Shown here piece after piece: positions 63,053 through 64,000 of a stretch of 64,000 bases of DNA; the first letter of the stretch is position 1, and each line of letters starts with the position of its first letter. The position numbers and the translations under genes are program-made. The notes beneath the pieces were generated by a model that saw nothing but the letters and a program-made list of their open reading frames with translations, ran no database searches and had not been told where the DNA came from. The DNA is from an uncultured Flavobacteriales bacterium (GTDB lineage Bacteria; Bacteroidota; Bacteroidia; Flavobacteriales_D; Sanyastnellaceae). The stretch is taken from contig CBFHUP010000005.1 in assembly GCA_965659115.1 (NCBI GenBank), forward strand, positions 257 to 64,256. The letters run 5' to 3'.

Positions 63053-63472
63053 GTGCTCACGAAAAAAGCGCAATACGCGTTGCGGGCTCTGACCGTTTTG
63101 ACCCGCAGGTTTGATGCTGAAGAAGCGCCTGTTCAGTGGTCCAGTGCCCGGGAAATTGCGGACGCTGCGACCATGAGTGTGAAGTTTTTGGAGCAAATTT
63201 TAGGTGAGTTGCGGTCTGCGGGCATTGTGAAGAGCCGGCGAGGAGCCCATGGCGGCCATGCCTTGGCGATGGCACCGGATGAGGTCGCCTTGGCCAAGGT
63301 GATTCGCCTGATGGATGGACCGATCGCTCCTTTGGCCTGTGTCAGTTTGAACTACTATGAGCGTTGTGAGGACTGCAAAGAGGAGGAGTGTGGTCTGCGG
63401 CGCGTAATGGTAGAGTCCAGAGATGCCCAATTGTCCATTTTGGAGCACCGCTTTCTCAAGGATTTGATTTAA
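63053..63472 (+). CDS. Rrf2-family transcriptional regulator with a four-Cys cluster
   Basis: It starts at a GTG. The N-terminal wHTH is LTKKAQYALRALTVL...ILGELRSAGIVKSRRGAHGG. The Cys motif is CVSLNYYERCEDCKEEEC. Confidence 0.88.
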   Translation: MLTKKAQYALRALTVLTRRFDAEEAPVQWSSAREIADAATMSVKFLEQILGELRSAGIVKSRRGAHGGHALAMAPDEVALAKVIRLMDGPIAPLACVSLNYYERCEDCKEEECGLRRVMVESRDAQLSILEHRFLKDLI

Positions 63473-63508
63473 ATCCTACAATGCTTATAGGAATAGTGTG
63501 CGAACACT

Positions 63509-63516
63509 TATTTTTG
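63509..63516 (+). promoter_or_regulatory. Candidate -7 box (TATTTTTG) upstream of cysH
   Basis: It is an exact TAnnTTTG match. It ends only 5 nt before the first ATG at 63522, so the real start may be the Met at 63531 or the transcript may be nearly leaderless. Confidence 0.35.
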
Positions 63517-63521
63517 TAGGC

Positions 63522-64000
63522 ATGACCACTATGCCTGCTTCGTCTAAGTTGTCCAAGCTTGGGGGCCTCATTGCAGAATTCGTGCGCAGAGAATCTGCAA
63601 CGGAAAAGGCCATTTTTACGACGTCCCTGAGTCAAGAAGATCAAATCTTGACGTGGGCCATTGTTCAGGCAAAATTGCCGGTGGACATTGTCACTTTGGA
63701 TACGGGCAAGCTGTTCCCAGAGACGGTTGCCCTTCATGCTTTGACGGAAAAAATCCTCGGGATTGAGATTGAAAAAGTCCTTCCTCTAGAGCAGGACGTT
63801 TCCGCGTTTGACGACGAATGTGGAATGGACTCTATTTACCAGGAAGTCAAAGCCCGAAAGCGCTGTTGCACCATCCGAAAGGTGTTGCCCTTGCAAAAGG
63901 TCTGCGCGGGTCGATCTCTGTGGATCACAGGCCTTCGAAGTGGTCAAAGCGAGAACCGGGCGGGCCTGGAGATGTTGGAATTGGCGCCCGATTGGGGCCT
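63522..64000 (+). CDS. cysH: Phosphoadenosine-phosphosulfate (PAPS/APS) reductase, N-terminal part running off the window
   Basis: Hand translation gives MTTMPASSKLSKLGGLIAEFVRRESATEKAIFTTSLSQEDQILTWAI...VTLDTGKLFPET...CCTIRKVLPL...LWITGLRSGQSENR. These are canonical CysH blocks. It is absent from the ORF track because no stop is reached. Confidence 0.85.
   Translation, partial: MTTMPASSKLSKLGGLIAEFVRRESATEKAIFTTSLSQEDQILTWAIVQAKLPVDIVTLDTGKLFPETVALHALTEKILGIEIEKVLPLEQDVSAFDDECGMDSIYQEVKARKRCCTIRKVLPLQKVCAGRSLWITGLRSGQSENRAGLEMLELAPDWG

Overview
The window reads as a compact, almost fully coding stretch of a Bacteroidota chromosome. Supporting features are a SusC/SusD pair, two proteins with T9SS C-terminal sorting domains, a PorW/SprE-like TPR lipoprotein, an atpBEFHAG operon without atpDC, DUF4270-, DUF4837- and DUF3098-type genes, and TAnnTTTG-type -7 promoter boxes. 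It looks moderately GC-rich by eye; this was not computed. I call about 56 CDSs, 2 tRNAs (Asn-GTT and Leu-CAA), several intrinsic terminators and a few candidate promoter boxes. Two genes are absent from the ORF track: tatA (56 aa) and the open-ended cysH at the 3' edge. Most content is housekeeping: hemW, ybeY, mnmG, rpiB, the ATP synthase genes, glmS, panC, tatA, ftsX, uppP, SOD and cysH. I found no CRISPR array, transposase, integrase, prophage or recognisable defence gene, and no clear-cut new system. The leads I would follow are: (1) an identical CACGTG-centred palindrome on both sides of mnmG; (2) a Fuc4NAc module of the enterobacterial-common-antigen type (wecD/wecE/wecF-like genes plus a hexapeptide acetyltransferase) next to tRNA-Leu, in DNA of apparently lower GC; (3) a translationally coupled operon of an exported MORN-repeat protein, a cytosolic PAS/HisKA_2 kinase and a LytTR regulator, beside an AT-rich orphan gene; (4) a bactofilin gene overlapping the AtpZ leader gene of the ATP synthase operon; (5) a giant DUF4175-like coiled-coil membrane protein followed by an orphan RsbW-type kinase coupled to ybeY; (6) a structured 262-bp intergenic region that could encode a small RNA. 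All family assignments come from reading motifs by eye and need HMM or BLAST confirmation.
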